Source: an uncultured Gammaproteobacteria bacterium | Lineage (GTDB): Bacteria; Patescibacteriota; Microgenomatia; Daviesbacterales; UBA10151 | Assembly: GCA_964522265.1 (NCBI GenBank) | Contig: CAZFVS010000038.1 | Coordinates: forward strand, 1 to 9,067 | Length of the DNA stretch: 9,067 bases | Direction: 5' to 3' | Shown: positions 1-7,356 of the stretch, piece by piece | How the letters are laid out: every line of letters begins with the position of its first letter | How positions within the stretch are numbered: position 1 is the first letter of the stretch | The notes under the pieces: generated by a model | What the model saw: the letters and a program-made list of their open reading frames with translations, nothing else | The model's database searches: none | What the model was told of the DNA's origin: nothing | Made by a program: the position numbers and the translations under genes

Positions 1-59
1 CAGATATTAAAAATATACCTGAAGAATAAATTTTTGTAAAGCGCCAATCTTTTACTCTT

Positions 60-1445
60 ATGTTGAGCAGCAAAAATCTAACACCTATTTTACTGTCTTT
101 GTTCTTCTTCATTTTATACTCAAACCACACCATATACCGACACTTATCTTTTAAATCCCACGCTTTCGATTTAGGTATTAATGTAAATACTACCTATCTA
201 TACAGTCAACACCTGCTTCCATACAGCTCCCTCAAACATATGCTTCACCCCGCAGACCATTTTGGTTTTCTCCTGGCTCTTCTGGCTCCAATCCACGCTG
301 TTTTTCCGGTTCCGATTACGCTGCTTATAATCCAGGCCGGCTTTGTCAGTTTCAGCGCTATTTTTATCTACCTGATTGCTCAAAACAAACTTCAAAATAA
401 TCTATTCAGTTTTTTAATTACTCTGGCTTTTTTAGCTTACCCTGGCATACAATCTGCCATTGATTTTGACTTTCACCTGGCAACAATTTCAATCCTGCCT
501 TTAACACTGATTCTTTATAGCTGGTATTTTAAAAAATGGCGTTTGTATTGGGTAGTACTGGTTCTTAGCCTGATTTTTAAAGATGACATTCCCTTGTTTA
601 TCTTTGGTTTGGGTATTTATCAAATTTTTGCAGGGGAGAAAAAAGCAGGTTTCACAACTTCACTTTTTGGTCTGGTTAGTTTTTATGTTATCAAGTTTAT
701 ATTGATGCCGTTTTTCTGGAAAGGCGCTTCTGAATTTTATATCTCCAGTTCTATTTTACCGCTCAGTAATCCTTTGGAAATACCAATCTTATTGTATTAC
801 CGCCCAAATTTACTGGCAGATATCATTTTCAATTCGCCAATTAAATTACAGACCTTGGACTATATATACCGCAGTTTTGCTTTTTTACCACTCCTGTCTC
901 CTTTAAATTGGCTTACTGCTTTTGCTCATATCTATCTGCGTTTTTCCTCTACTCAACCGCATTTTTGGGGAACCGCATTCCATTACAATGCCAACATCGC
1001 TCCTTTTTTGGCTGTCAGCTCTATACTGGCGATAGATAAATTCCATCTTACAAACAAAGCCTTTCCCCTGCTCTTGATCTTTTTTCTATTCACAGGCGGT
1101 TTGTCTGGTAACCTGTCTCCACAATCAATGCTACGGAATTCCGTCAATCTTTCTGCTCAAAACCTTAAAAAATTTTCTTATATTGTAAAATCCCTCAAAA
1201 CAATCCCCAAAGACGCAGCTGTCTCTGCCCAATCGCCCCTCGTACCTCACCTGTCGAATAGGGAGAAAATTTACCTTTTTCCTGAGGTGTACGATGCCCA
1301 ATACGTTATATTGAGCTCATCGCTCAGCCATTACCCTTTAAATTATCCGGAATTTACCAGTAAACTGGCTGCCTTCAAAAAATCAAAATCATGGAAACTG
1401 GATTTACAAACAAAAACCCTTTATATTTTTAAAAGGGTTGAGTAA
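60..1445 (+). CDS. Polytopic integral membrane protein, DUF2079-like
   Basis: 461-aa ORF with ATG start and TAA stop. About ten or more long hydrophobic segments span the whole length. The N-terminal third (HAFDLGINVN ... HPADHFGFLLALLAPIHAVFPVPITLLIIQAGF) resembles the FDLG / HFxP / LLxxQ signature I recall for DUF2079 (PF09852). The family call is from memory, not from a search. Confidence 0.75.
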   Translation: MLSSKNLTPILLSLFFFILYSNHTIYRHLSFKSHAFDLGINVNTTYLYSQHLLPYSSLKHMLHPADHFGFLLALLAPIHAVFPVPITLLIIQAGFVSFSAIFIYLIAQNKLQNNLFSFLITLAFLAYPGIQSAIDFDFHLATISILPLTLILYSWYFKKWRLYWVVLVLSLIFKDDIPLFIFGLGIYQIFAGEKKAGFTTSLFGLVSFYVIKFILMPFFWKGASEFYISSSILPLSNPLEIPILLYYRPNLLADIIFNSPIKLQTLDYIYRSFAFLPLLSPLNWLTAFAHIYLRFSSTQPHFWGTAFHYNANIAPFLAVSSILAIDKFHLTNKAFPLLLIFFLFTGGLSGNLSPQSMLRNSVNLSAQNLKKFSYIVKSLKTIPKDAAVSAQSPLVPHLSNREKIYLFPEVYDAQYVILSSSLSHYPLNYPEFTSKLAAFKKSKSWKLDLQTKTLYIFKRVE

Positions 1446-1448
1446 TAT

Positions 1449-2786
1449 TTAATACCCTGAAGTCAAAAATGATTCTGTGGCTCTGGTTTCTCTGACTGCA
1501 GTGATTTTAACTGCACCGGGAACCATAACCTCCCTTTGGATCTGCTCCCCAATGTCATGCACCAACTTTGGCAACTCTTCGTCAGAAACTTTTTCCGGAA
1601 TAACTATCACTCTTACCTCTCTTCCTGCTTGGACTGCAAAAGCTTTATCGACCCCGTCAAAAGCAGTAGCGATCCTTTCAATATCTTCCAGCCTTTTTAT
1701 ATAATCCTGAACATTTTCATGTCTTGCCCCGGGCCTACCGCCCGATATTGCATCAGAGGTAGCAACAATTACCGACTCAACAGAGGAGAATGGCTTATCT
1801 TCATGGTGCTCTGCAATGCAGTTTATAACCTCCTCCGGGATACCGAACTGTTTGCAGAAAGCTACACCCTTATCAACATGCGTCCCCTCATCACCTTCAG
1901 AAACAACTTTACCAATATCATGCAATAAACACCCCAGCCTGACAATATTGATATCCGCACCGATCTGACGGGCTAACTCGACCCCGATTCTGACAAGCTC
2001 TAATGAATGTTGGATTAAGTTTTGCCCGAAAGAAAACCTGTACTTAAAACGGCCAAGAATACAAATAACATCTTTCGGTAAATTATAAACCCCGGCATCA
2101 AACACCAGCTGTTCCCCAGCTTGACAGATAATTTTTTCAATCTCCTCTCTGGTTTTTTCAACAATCTCTTCTATCCTCTGCGGCTGGATCCTTCCGTCTG
2201 CAATCAACTTTTCCAGTGCAACTTTGGCTATCTCCCGCCTGATAGGATCAAATGAGGATATAGTCAAAGTATTCGGACTTTCATCATCCATTAAAACATC
2301 CACACCTGTACTTTGTTCAAAAGTTTTTATGTTCCTTCCCTCTTTCCCGATAATCCTACCCTTCATCTCCTCGTCTTCCAGTGTAAAAGTTGAAGTTGTA
2401 AATTCCGATATTACATCAGTGACCCCATGATACATGGCATCAGCTAAAATCTGTTTGGCCCTCTGGTCTGCCTGAAGTTTAATCGTATCTTCAGCCTCTT
2501 TAATTCTTTTGGCAATCTCTCCGGCCAACTCTTTTTCCAGGTTCTCAAGCAAGATCTTTTTTGCCTCTTCTCCTGAAAGCTGAGTTACCCTCTCTAACTT
2601 CTCTATCAGATCTTTCCGAGCTTTTTCCACCCTCATCAAACTTTCTTCCGCATTTTTAATCTTCTCAGCTAAAATTCTCTCCCTTTCCTCTAAAATGCCC
2701 TCTCTTTTTGCCAGCCTCTCGGCAGTGAGTTCATCAAACTGGTCTGTAGATGTGTTTGTTGATACTGGTCCGAAATTTTTTTTCAT
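1449..2786 (-). CDS. rny: Ribonuclease Y (KH + HD domain endoribonuclease), lacking the usual N-terminal membrane helix
   Basis: 445-aa ORF. KH motif MKGRIIGKEGRNIKTFEQSTGVDVLMDD. HD domain HSLELVRIGVELARQIGADINIVRLGCLLHDIGK ... EHHED. C-terminal AVQAGREVRVIV ... ITAVRETRA. It is collinear with Bacillus subtilis Rny as I remember it. An in-frame TAA lies 5 codons upstream of the ATG, so no longer N-terminus is possible. Confidence 0.95.
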   Translation of the reverse strand: MKKNFGPVSTNTSTDQFDELTAERLAKREGILEERERILAEKIKNAEESLMRVEKARKDLIEKLERVTQLSGEEAKKILLENLEKELAGEIAKRIKEAEDTIKLQADQRAKQILADAMYHGVTDVISEFTTSTFTLEDEEMKGRIIGKEGRNIKTFEQSTGVDVLMDDESPNTLTISSFDPIRREIAKVALEKLIADGRIQPQRIEEIVEKTREEIEKIICQAGEQLVFDAGVYNLPKDVICILGRFKYRFSFGQNLIQHSLELVRIGVELARQIGADINIVRLGCLLHDIGKVVSEGDEGTHVDKGVAFCKQFGIPEEVINCIAEHHEDKPFSSVESVIVATSDAISGGRPGARHENVQDYIKRLEDIERIATAFDGVDKAFAVQAGREVRVIVIPEKVSDEELPKLVHDIGEQIQREVMVPGAVKITAVRETRATESFLTSGY

Positions 2787-2795
2787 AAGGGTGTC

Positions 2796-2825
2796 ATTTT
2801 AATTCCTCTCTTAAGAATCCGACAA
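2796..2825 (-). promoter_or_regulatory. Putative rny promoter: -35 TTGTCG, 18-nt spacer, -10 TAAAAT, 9 nt to ATG
   Basis: Minus strand reads TTGTCG (2825..2820), 18 nt, TAAAAT (2801..2796), then gacaccctt and ATG at 2786. No Shine-Dalgarno sits at a functional distance from the ATG. Confidence 0.45.
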
Positions 2826-2915
2826 AAGCCTGCTCCGGTTATTTGGAGCCTGAGGGGTTATTTTGAATTGTAGTTTCCACCAAATCCATAAAATTTCCTC
2901 AAAATTCTTTAACTA

Positions 2916-3572
2916 CTATGAGGCATTATAACCCCTTTGCGATGACTTTTCAACTACCTTTTTTGCAACCTCATATTCAAACCCTCTTCTCATTAAAAAC
3001 CCTATTGCTTTTTTTTTAAACTCCAATTTGGGTAAATTTTCCCAAACTTTAGCCTTTTTTTCCAATAATTTTTCTGCTGTCTCTTTTTCATTCTTAACAC
3101 CTAGCTTAATATTTTCAATAATTTCCCGGTCAATGCCTTTGCTGGAAAGCTCTGACTGGATCATCCTCCAACCTTTTTTCTTGCTTCTTGCCTCCACCCA
3201 TTCTTCTGCAAACCTCTCATCACTCACTATCCCTTTTTGTTTTAAATTCTCCACTAATTGCTCAATTATTAATTCACTAATTTCTTCTCCTTTTTTTACT
3301 TTTTCCTTTTTACTTTTTACTTTTAAATAGTCCCTTACTTCCTTCTCGCTCCTCATTCTTATACCAAACCATCTGTACATCCTACTCATCAACTTACCAA
3401 CTTCCGTCTCCATTAAAATTTTATCCAGGTCAGACTGGCTGATCTCTTTTCCTACTACCAGCCGAAATTTCACCACGCTGTCTTCATCCGCCCCAAACCC
3501 AAATTCCCCATTTAAAAAAATATTAAATCGTTTGGGATTTTTTTTCTGCGGTTCTATCTGGGTAATTTTCAC
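2916..3572 (-). CDS. recX: RecX, regulator of RecA
   Basis: 218-aa ORF with GTG start (cac at 3570-3572) and TAG stop. The N-terminus KITQIEPQKKNPKRFNIFLNGEFGFGADEDSVVKFRLVVGKEISQSDLDKI is typical of RecX. Helical repeats follow (EKEVRDYLKVK, DERFAEEWV, EKLLEKK, AIGFLMRRGFEYEV). It lies in the recA cluster. Confidence 0.85.
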   Translation of the reverse strand: MKITQIEPQKKNPKRFNIFLNGEFGFGADEDSVVKFRLVVGKEISQSDLDKILMETEVGKLMSRMYRWFGIRMRSEKEVRDYLKVKSKKEKVKKGEEISELIIEQLVENLKQKGIVSDERFAEEWVEARSKKKGWRMIQSELSSKGIDREIIENIKLGVKNEKETAEKLLEKKAKVWENLPKLEFKKKAIGFLMRRGFEYEVAKKVVEKSSQRGYNAS

Positions 3573-3581
3573 AAAAAGGAT

Positions 3582-3782
3582 TTATCGAGAAAAACCAACT
3601 ACTATATCTAACATTTCCTGATCGGCACCAGGACCGACTACCGCATCTTTTATTCTTTCATAACATCTTTTGTTATGGAACTTTGCGCATAATAATGCAT
3701 CTAGCCTTCGTTGCACTTCTTCAAGTGAAGGTTTTTCTAACTCCTCTAAAGATTTCGGGAGATTTTCCTGTTCTTTTGACAT
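3582..3782 (-). CDS. Small hypothetical protein (66 aa), no recognisable family
   Basis: ORF fits exactly between the 138-aa ORF (23-nt gap) and recX (9-nt gap) on the same strand. Acidic N-terminal half, with C-x3-H-x4-C in LLCAKFHNKRC. Support comes only from operon packing. Confidence 0.5.
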   Translation of the reverse strand: MSKEQENLPKSLEELEKPSLEEVQRRLDALLCAKFHNKRCYERIKDAVVGPGADQEMLDIVVGFSR

Positions 3783-3805
3783 AGATTGAATCTTTCGGAT
3801 TTTCC

Positions 3806-4222
3806 TTAAGCCACAATCCTTTTCGCCTCTATTTTTTTAAGCCTTTCCTCATAATTATTCAGTTGGGTAGCATCATTATCCAATCTTCTGTTTATGTTAT
3901 CTAACTTCGCATCTATTTTACTAAACCCGCCGCCCATCTGCTCCTCAAGCTCTTCCAAGCTGGGGACTACTAATTCCATGAAACCTTGGTTAAACAGTGG
4001 GATAAATCTTTCATCAAATTTTTCGTCAATCGTTTTTTCTAACTTTTTTTCCTGTTCATCAAACCTTTGGTTGATCCTCACTTCCTGTTCATCAAACCTT
4101 TGGTTGATCCTCACTTCCTGTTCATCAAACCTCGCACCGATCCCTTTCTCCTGATCTGCAAACTTTTTATTTAGGCTTTCTTCTATCTTTCTGGTAATGT
4201 ATTGTATCTGTTTATCATCCAT
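3806..4222 (-). CDS. Hypothetical acidic coiled-coil protein with 11-residue (hendecad) repeats RFDEQEVRINQ
   Basis: 138-aa ORF starting 9 nt after the recA stop, with a TGTATAAT motif 8 nt upstream of its ATG. Sequence KFADQEKGIGA-RFDEQEVRINQ-RFDEQEVRINQ-RFDEQEKKLEK...KFDERF, then a second helical segment KIDAKLDNINRRLDNDATQLNNYEERLKKIE. Confidence 0.65.
   Translation of the reverse strand: MDDKQIQYITRKIEESLNKKFADQEKGIGARFDEQEVRINQRFDEQEVRINQRFDEQEKKLEKTIDEKFDERFIPLFNQGFMELVVPSLEELEEQMGGGFSKIDAKLDNINRRLDNDATQLNNYEERLKKIEAKRIVA
4051..4132. repeat. Perfect 33-bp tandem repeat, about 2.5 copies, inside the 138-aa ORF
   Basis: cctgttcatcaaacctttggttgatcctcactt occurs at 4051-4083 and identically at 4084-4116. 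A third partial copy at 4117-4132 matches 16 nt. The 33-bp period equals 11 codons. Confidence 0.95.
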
Positions 4223-4230
4223 ACTTATGT

Positions 4231-4238
4231 ATTATACA
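4231..4238 (-). promoter_or_regulatory. Putative internal promoter -10 (TGTATAAT) overlapping the recA stop codon, 8 nt upstream of the 138-aa ORF ATG
   Basis: Minus strand reads gcTGTATAATacataagtATG. The recA TAA stop is embedded in the TATAAT. The same TGTATAAT octamer occurs upstream of recA. No good -35 is seen. Confidence 0.4.
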
Positions 4239-5341
4239 GCTTCTTCTACTGCAGCAGCACCGTTATCTTCTTCCTCACCTACCACCAAGGGTTCTTTGCC
4301 TTCCTTTTGCTTGCTCCAGACACCTCTAATCTCTTTTTCTAATTTTTCCGCCTCTTTGGGGTTTTCCTTAAGCCATGAAACTGCTGCAGGCCTGCCCTGA
4401 CCAAGCATGGTTTCACCCCATCTGATAAATGCCCCGGATTTTGTTAAAATCCCCAGCTCTATCCCAATATCCAAAAGCTCCCCTTCATGGGAAACCCCAT
4501 CCTCATCCATATCAAATTCCGCAATCCTAAATGGGGGGGCAACTTTATTTTTTACAACTTTCACCCGGTGCCTGGACCCCACTACCATATCTCCGCTTTT
4601 TATATTCTCAATCTTGCGGACATCCAGGCGGATTGAAGCATAAAATTTCAAGGCCTGGCCGCCGGTAGTGGTTTCCGGATTTCCAAACATGACGCCGATT
4701 TTTTGCCTTAATTGGTTGGTAAACATAACAATCGTATTGGTATTGGAAATCGCCCCGGTCAATTTCCTTAAAGCCTGTGACATGAGCCTTGCCTGCATTC
4801 CCATCACCGCATCCCCCATCTCTCCCTCAATTTCCGCTTTTGGCACGAGTGCTGCCACTGAATCAATTACAATCACATCAATCCCGCCTGAGCGGATCAG
4901 CGTATCAGCTATCTCCAGGGCCTGCTCCCCGGTATCCGGCTGGGAGATTAACAGTTCGTCTAAATTCACCCCAATTTTTTGGGCCCTTTGGGGGTCAAGC
5001 GCGTGTTCTGCATCTATAAATGCCGCCACCCCGCCTTTTTTTTGAGCTTGGGCAATAACATGCAAACAGACAGTAGTTTTTCCTGAAGCTTCCGGCCCGA
5101 AGATCTCTACAATCCTGCCTTTTGGAATCCCACCAATACCAAGAGCCAAATCCAAGGCTATGGAACCTGTAGAGATAGTCTCCGTTGTCAGTTTTTCCGC
5201 TCTCTCCCCCAGGCGCATGATCGAACCTGTACCATATTGTTTTTGGATCTGGGCCATCGCTGCCATGATTGCAGCCTTTTTACCGTCAAGAGCATTTGAG
5301 ACAGCTGCATTTTTGTCAATACCGTTGGGAAGTTTCGCCAT
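4232..5341 (-). CDS. recA: Recombinase A
   Basis: 369-aa ORF. Walker [13 protein letters not shown]. Further motifs [85 protein letters not shown]. Acidic C-terminal tail. Confidence 0.98.
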   Translation of the reverse strand: MAKLPNGIDKNAAVSNALDGKKAAIMAAMAQIQKQYGTGSIMRLGERAEKLTTETISTGSIALDLALGIGGIPKGRIVEIFGPEASGKTTVCLHVIAQAQKKGGVAAFIDAEHALDPQRAQKIGVNLDELLISQPDTGEQALEIADTLIRSGGIDVIVIDSVAALVPKAEIEGEMGDAVMGMQARLMSQALRKLTGAISNTNTIVMFTNQLRQKIGVMFGNPETTTGGQALKFYASIRLDVRKIENIKSGDMVVGSRHRVKVVKNKVAPPFRIAEFDMDEDGVSHEGELLDIGIELGILTKSGAFIRWGETMLGQGRPAAVSWLKENPKEAEKLEKEIRGVWSKQKEGKEPLVVGEEEDNGAAAVEEAV

Positions 5342-5350
5342 ATATTAGGG

Positions 5351-5378
5351 ATTATACATAGAAGTTTCTGTTTGGCAA
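5351..5378 (-). promoter_or_regulatory. Putative recA promoter: -35 TTGCCA, 16-nt spacer, -10 TATAAT (preceded by TG), 9 nt to ATG
   Basis: Minus strand reads TTGCCA (5378..5373), 16 nt, TGTATAAT (-10 at 5356..5351), then ccctaatat and ATG at 5341. There is no Shine-Dalgarno sequence. Confidence 0.6.
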
Positions 5379-5404
5379 GAGGGCAAAAATTGAGGGCAAA
5401 AATT
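5379..5404. repeat. Perfect 13-bp tandem duplication (gagggcaaaaatt x2) abutting the recA -35 element
   Basis: 5379-5391 and 5392-5404 are identical. On the minus strand this reads AATTTTTGCCCTC AATTTTTGCCCTC TTGCCA. Confidence 0.9.
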
Positions 5405-5426
5405 AATGTAAAACCGCAGTTTGTAT

Positions 5427-7241
5427 TTAATGCAGTTCTGCAATGATCTTCTCAGCCCATGTTATCAAATCAGCATCCTTCTCTTTATCCGCTAATTTGA
5501 TAAAACGGCGGTATGCCTTAACTGATTCCTCTTTGCGACCAAGATCATAGAGGGCACTGCCCAATCCGTAGTAAGGATTGGCATGCTTGGGGTCAAGGGC
5601 TATTGCCTGGCGGTATGCCTCAATCGCTTCTTCGTCGCGGTCAAGATTGAGAAGACTGTTACCCAAACCATCGTAAGGATAGATATACTTGGGGTCAAGG
5701 GCTATTGCCTGGCGGTATGCCTCAATCGCTTCCTTAAAATTGCCTAGCTCGTAGAAAACACTACCCATATTGTTTAGTATTTGAATTTGCTGGCCATATT
5801 CCGGCTCAAATACCGTTACATATTGCCTCTGTTCTTCCCTAACCCATTTTAACTTATTTCTGTAGTTTCCACTTTTAATATCAAACATTAAACCCTCAGG
5901 CTGAGGATTGCGGCTAAATTCCACAATGTCTGAAACAGTAAGCGGCGAGCCATCTTTGTTGTTTCCTGCGATGATCTCATCGGTTAAATCCTCGTTAAAT
6001 TTTGCATTGAGCATATCCCGCCACTCTACTTGTCCATCACTGGTTACCAACAATAAAATAGAGTGCTCCGGCACATCGCCAACCAAATAATGGAGTCCTG
6101 CCTCCTTCATCAGTGCACCTCCGAGGGAAGAGGCTCCCACGCAGTTTATATACTGGTTTACCACCATTTTCGATGGGTTGTTTGCGAGTAATTTATATGG
6201 AAAACTACTTACCGCTATTTGGATCTTGTCAGCAATCTCCCGCTCTTTGACACTGATCTCAGCAGTATTTCCCCAATAGCGGATATCTTCCAGCTCGGTT
6301 TTGAGCTGGTCGATCCGCAAAGCTTCCCGAAGTGTCTTTTCTCCATTGTCCCAATGAAGATAGACACTTTTAACCCATCCGGGTAAAGTATCAAAAGGCA
6401 TATTTTTTTGCAGCAGCTCCATGCCGCGGCGGAAAATTGACCCAATCAGTTCTGTTTTGGGTGTTTCAATTTTTTTAATCATGGCCCGTTCAACCTTCTT
6501 GAGAAATGCCGAGTGGATAGGCGTATCACTTTGCCTACTGCGGTCAGTTTCCCTTCTCAATTCAAAAGCTTTTTCTGCAATGCGGAAAAACTGGGCCAGC
6601 GTCTTCCGCCGCTCTGTTTCATACAACTCATCTTTTTTGGCAGGATTACTTATACTTAATTTTTCAGCCCGTGCTTGACGTGACTTATACAAATTATCTC
6701 CTGCGAGAAAACGGTCAACCTCCTCGGTTTCCGAAGGGATATTGCTGGCCTCTATGCTTTCAAACACTGTAGGTTTTTCCAGCCTTTTACCTATCATCAG
6801 CAATTGCCCATAATCATAAAATTCTTCAGCCAGGGCACGGGCAATTGCTTTGCCTTGGTCAATTGCATCCAATCTTTTTGCAATGTACACGCCGGCGTTT
6901 TGAAAGGTTTTTCCCAAAGCAAAAATTTTATCTCTTCTCTCTTCTTGCCGCTCTGGTTTGGCCGCGAAGGTATCATGATCAACCGCTTCCATCACTCCCA
7001 CCATCTCCCAAAGCTTTAAATCTTTGGGCAGATACAATGTATGTTGACCATCCAATCGTTTTGCCAAAATACTATTTTTTCCTCTCTGTTCCCAAATCTG
7101 GCGGCTGACCATCCGCGGAACAATAGAATCATTAATCCTGCACCATCTTGCAAAAAAGGCTTGAACAGCATAACTTTCAAAAGGAGTTTGTTCAATAACA
7201 GGCTGTATCTCAAATGTGGGTTGTTCGTCAAGATAATCCAT
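5427..7241 (-). CDS. TPR-repeat protein with a transglutaminase-like (Cys-His-Asp) core and an uncharacterised ~350-aa N-terminal region
   Basis: 604-aa ORF with AAGGA 6 nt upstream of the ATG. The C-terminus has at least three 34-aa TPR units (AIEAYRQAIALDPKYIYPYDGLGNSL / AIEAYRQAIALDPKHANPYYGLGSAL / SVKAYRRFIKL). Residues 362-410, NQYINCVGASSLGGALMKEAGLHYLVGDVPEHSILLLVTSDGQVEWRDM, fit a papain-fold Cys367 / His393 / Asp409 pattern. Confidence 0.85.
   Translation of the reverse strand: MDYLDEQPTFEIQPVIEQTPFESYAVQAFFARWCRINDSIVPRMVSRQIWEQRGKNSILAKRLDGQHTLYLPKDLKLWEMVGVMEAVDHDTFAAKPERQEERRDKIFALGKTFQNAGVYIAKRLDAIDQGKAIARALAEEFYDYGQLLMIGKRLEKPTVFESIEASNIPSETEEVDRFLAGDNLYKSRQARAEKLSISNPAKKDELYETERRKTLAQFFRIAEKAFELRRETDRSRQSDTPIHSAFLKKVERAMIKKIETPKTELIGSIFRRGMELLQKNMPFDTLPGWVKSVYLHWDNGEKTLREALRIDQLKTELEDIRYWGNTAEISVKEREIADKIQIAVSSFPYKLLANNPSKMVVNQYINCVGASSLGGALMKEAGLHYLVGDVPEHSILLLVTSDGQVEWRDMLNAKFNEDLTDEIIAGNNKDGSPLTVSDIVEFSRNPQPEGLMFDIKSGNYRNKLKWVREEQRQYVTVFEPEYGQQIQILNNMGSVFYELGNFKEAIEAYRQAIALDPKYIYPYDGLGNSLLNLDRDEEAIEAYRQAIALDPKHANPYYGLGSALYDLGRKEESVKAYRRFIKLADKEKDADLITWAEKIIAELH
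5586..5732. repeat. 45-bp perfect direct repeat (two copies 102 bp apart) within the TPR-coding region
   Basis: cttggggtcaagggctattgcctggcggtatgcctcaatcgcttc occurs at 5586-5630 and 5688-5732. The 102-bp offset equals 34 codons, one TPR unit. Confidence 0.95.
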
Positions 7242-7253
7242 ACAGTATCCTTG

Positions 7254-7272
7254 TCACACCCGGGGGGTGTGA
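7254..7272 (-). promoter_or_regulatory. 8-bp GC-rich hairpin in the leader of the 604-aa gene; its 3' arm contains the in-frame UGA
   Basis: Minus-strand RNA is UCACACCC-CCC-GGGUGUGA. The last three nucleotides are the TGA at 7256..7254. The hairpin ends 12 nt before the ATG, directly before the AAGGA Shine-Dalgarno sequence. Confidence 0.6.
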
Positions 7273-7346
7273 GGGCTAGAAGTATTCGAAGGTATTTCAA
7301 CACTGGGTTCATCTTGCAAGGTTTCGGTGCTGGTAGGAATATCCAT
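7254..7346 (-). CDS. Candidate promoter-proximal 30-codon ORF (MDIPTSTETLQDEPSVEIPSNTSSPHTPRV*), in frame with the 604-aa gene across one TGA
   Basis: ATG at 7346 lies 10 nt downstream of a TATAAT. It is open for 30 codons to TGA (7256..7254). Then come 4 codons (QGYC) and the annotated ATG at 7241 in the same frame (7346-7241 = 105). The P/T/S/E-rich composition resembles the first 25 residues of the 604-aa protein. Confidence 0.3.
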   Translation of the reverse strand: MDIPTSTETLQDEPSVEIPSNTSSPHTPRV

Positions 7347-7356
7347 TGACTAATTT

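Noticed and set aside
2784-2800. Four-codon uORF (ATG ACA CCC TTA TGA, MTPL) with GAGAGGAAT upstream; its TGA overlaps the rny ATG (ATGA), suggesting translational coupling.
   Set aside because: The same bases are better explained as a TAAAAT -10 hexamer 9 nt upstream of the rny ATG. This matches the leaderless geometry seen at recA, the 138-aa ORF and the 290-aa ORF. If transcription starts there, the mini-ORF is not even transcribed.
3270-3330. Pyrimidine-rich low-complexity stretch with TTTTTAC-like heptamer reiteration inside recX.
   Set aside because: It simply encodes the Lys-rich linker KVKSKKEKVKKGEE on the minus strand. The repeats are imperfect and there is no evidence of a separate function.
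198-7108. Numerous 60-130-aa ORFs nested inside or antisense to DUF2079, rny, recX, the 138-aa ORF, recA and the TPR gene (for example 1536..1928, 3028..3330, 3894..4154, 4668..5045, 6421..6678).
   Set aside because: These are shadow ORFs within confidently identified genes. They give Ser/Leu/Phe-rich translations typical of out-of-frame or antisense reading of AT-rich coding sequence. None has independent expression signals.
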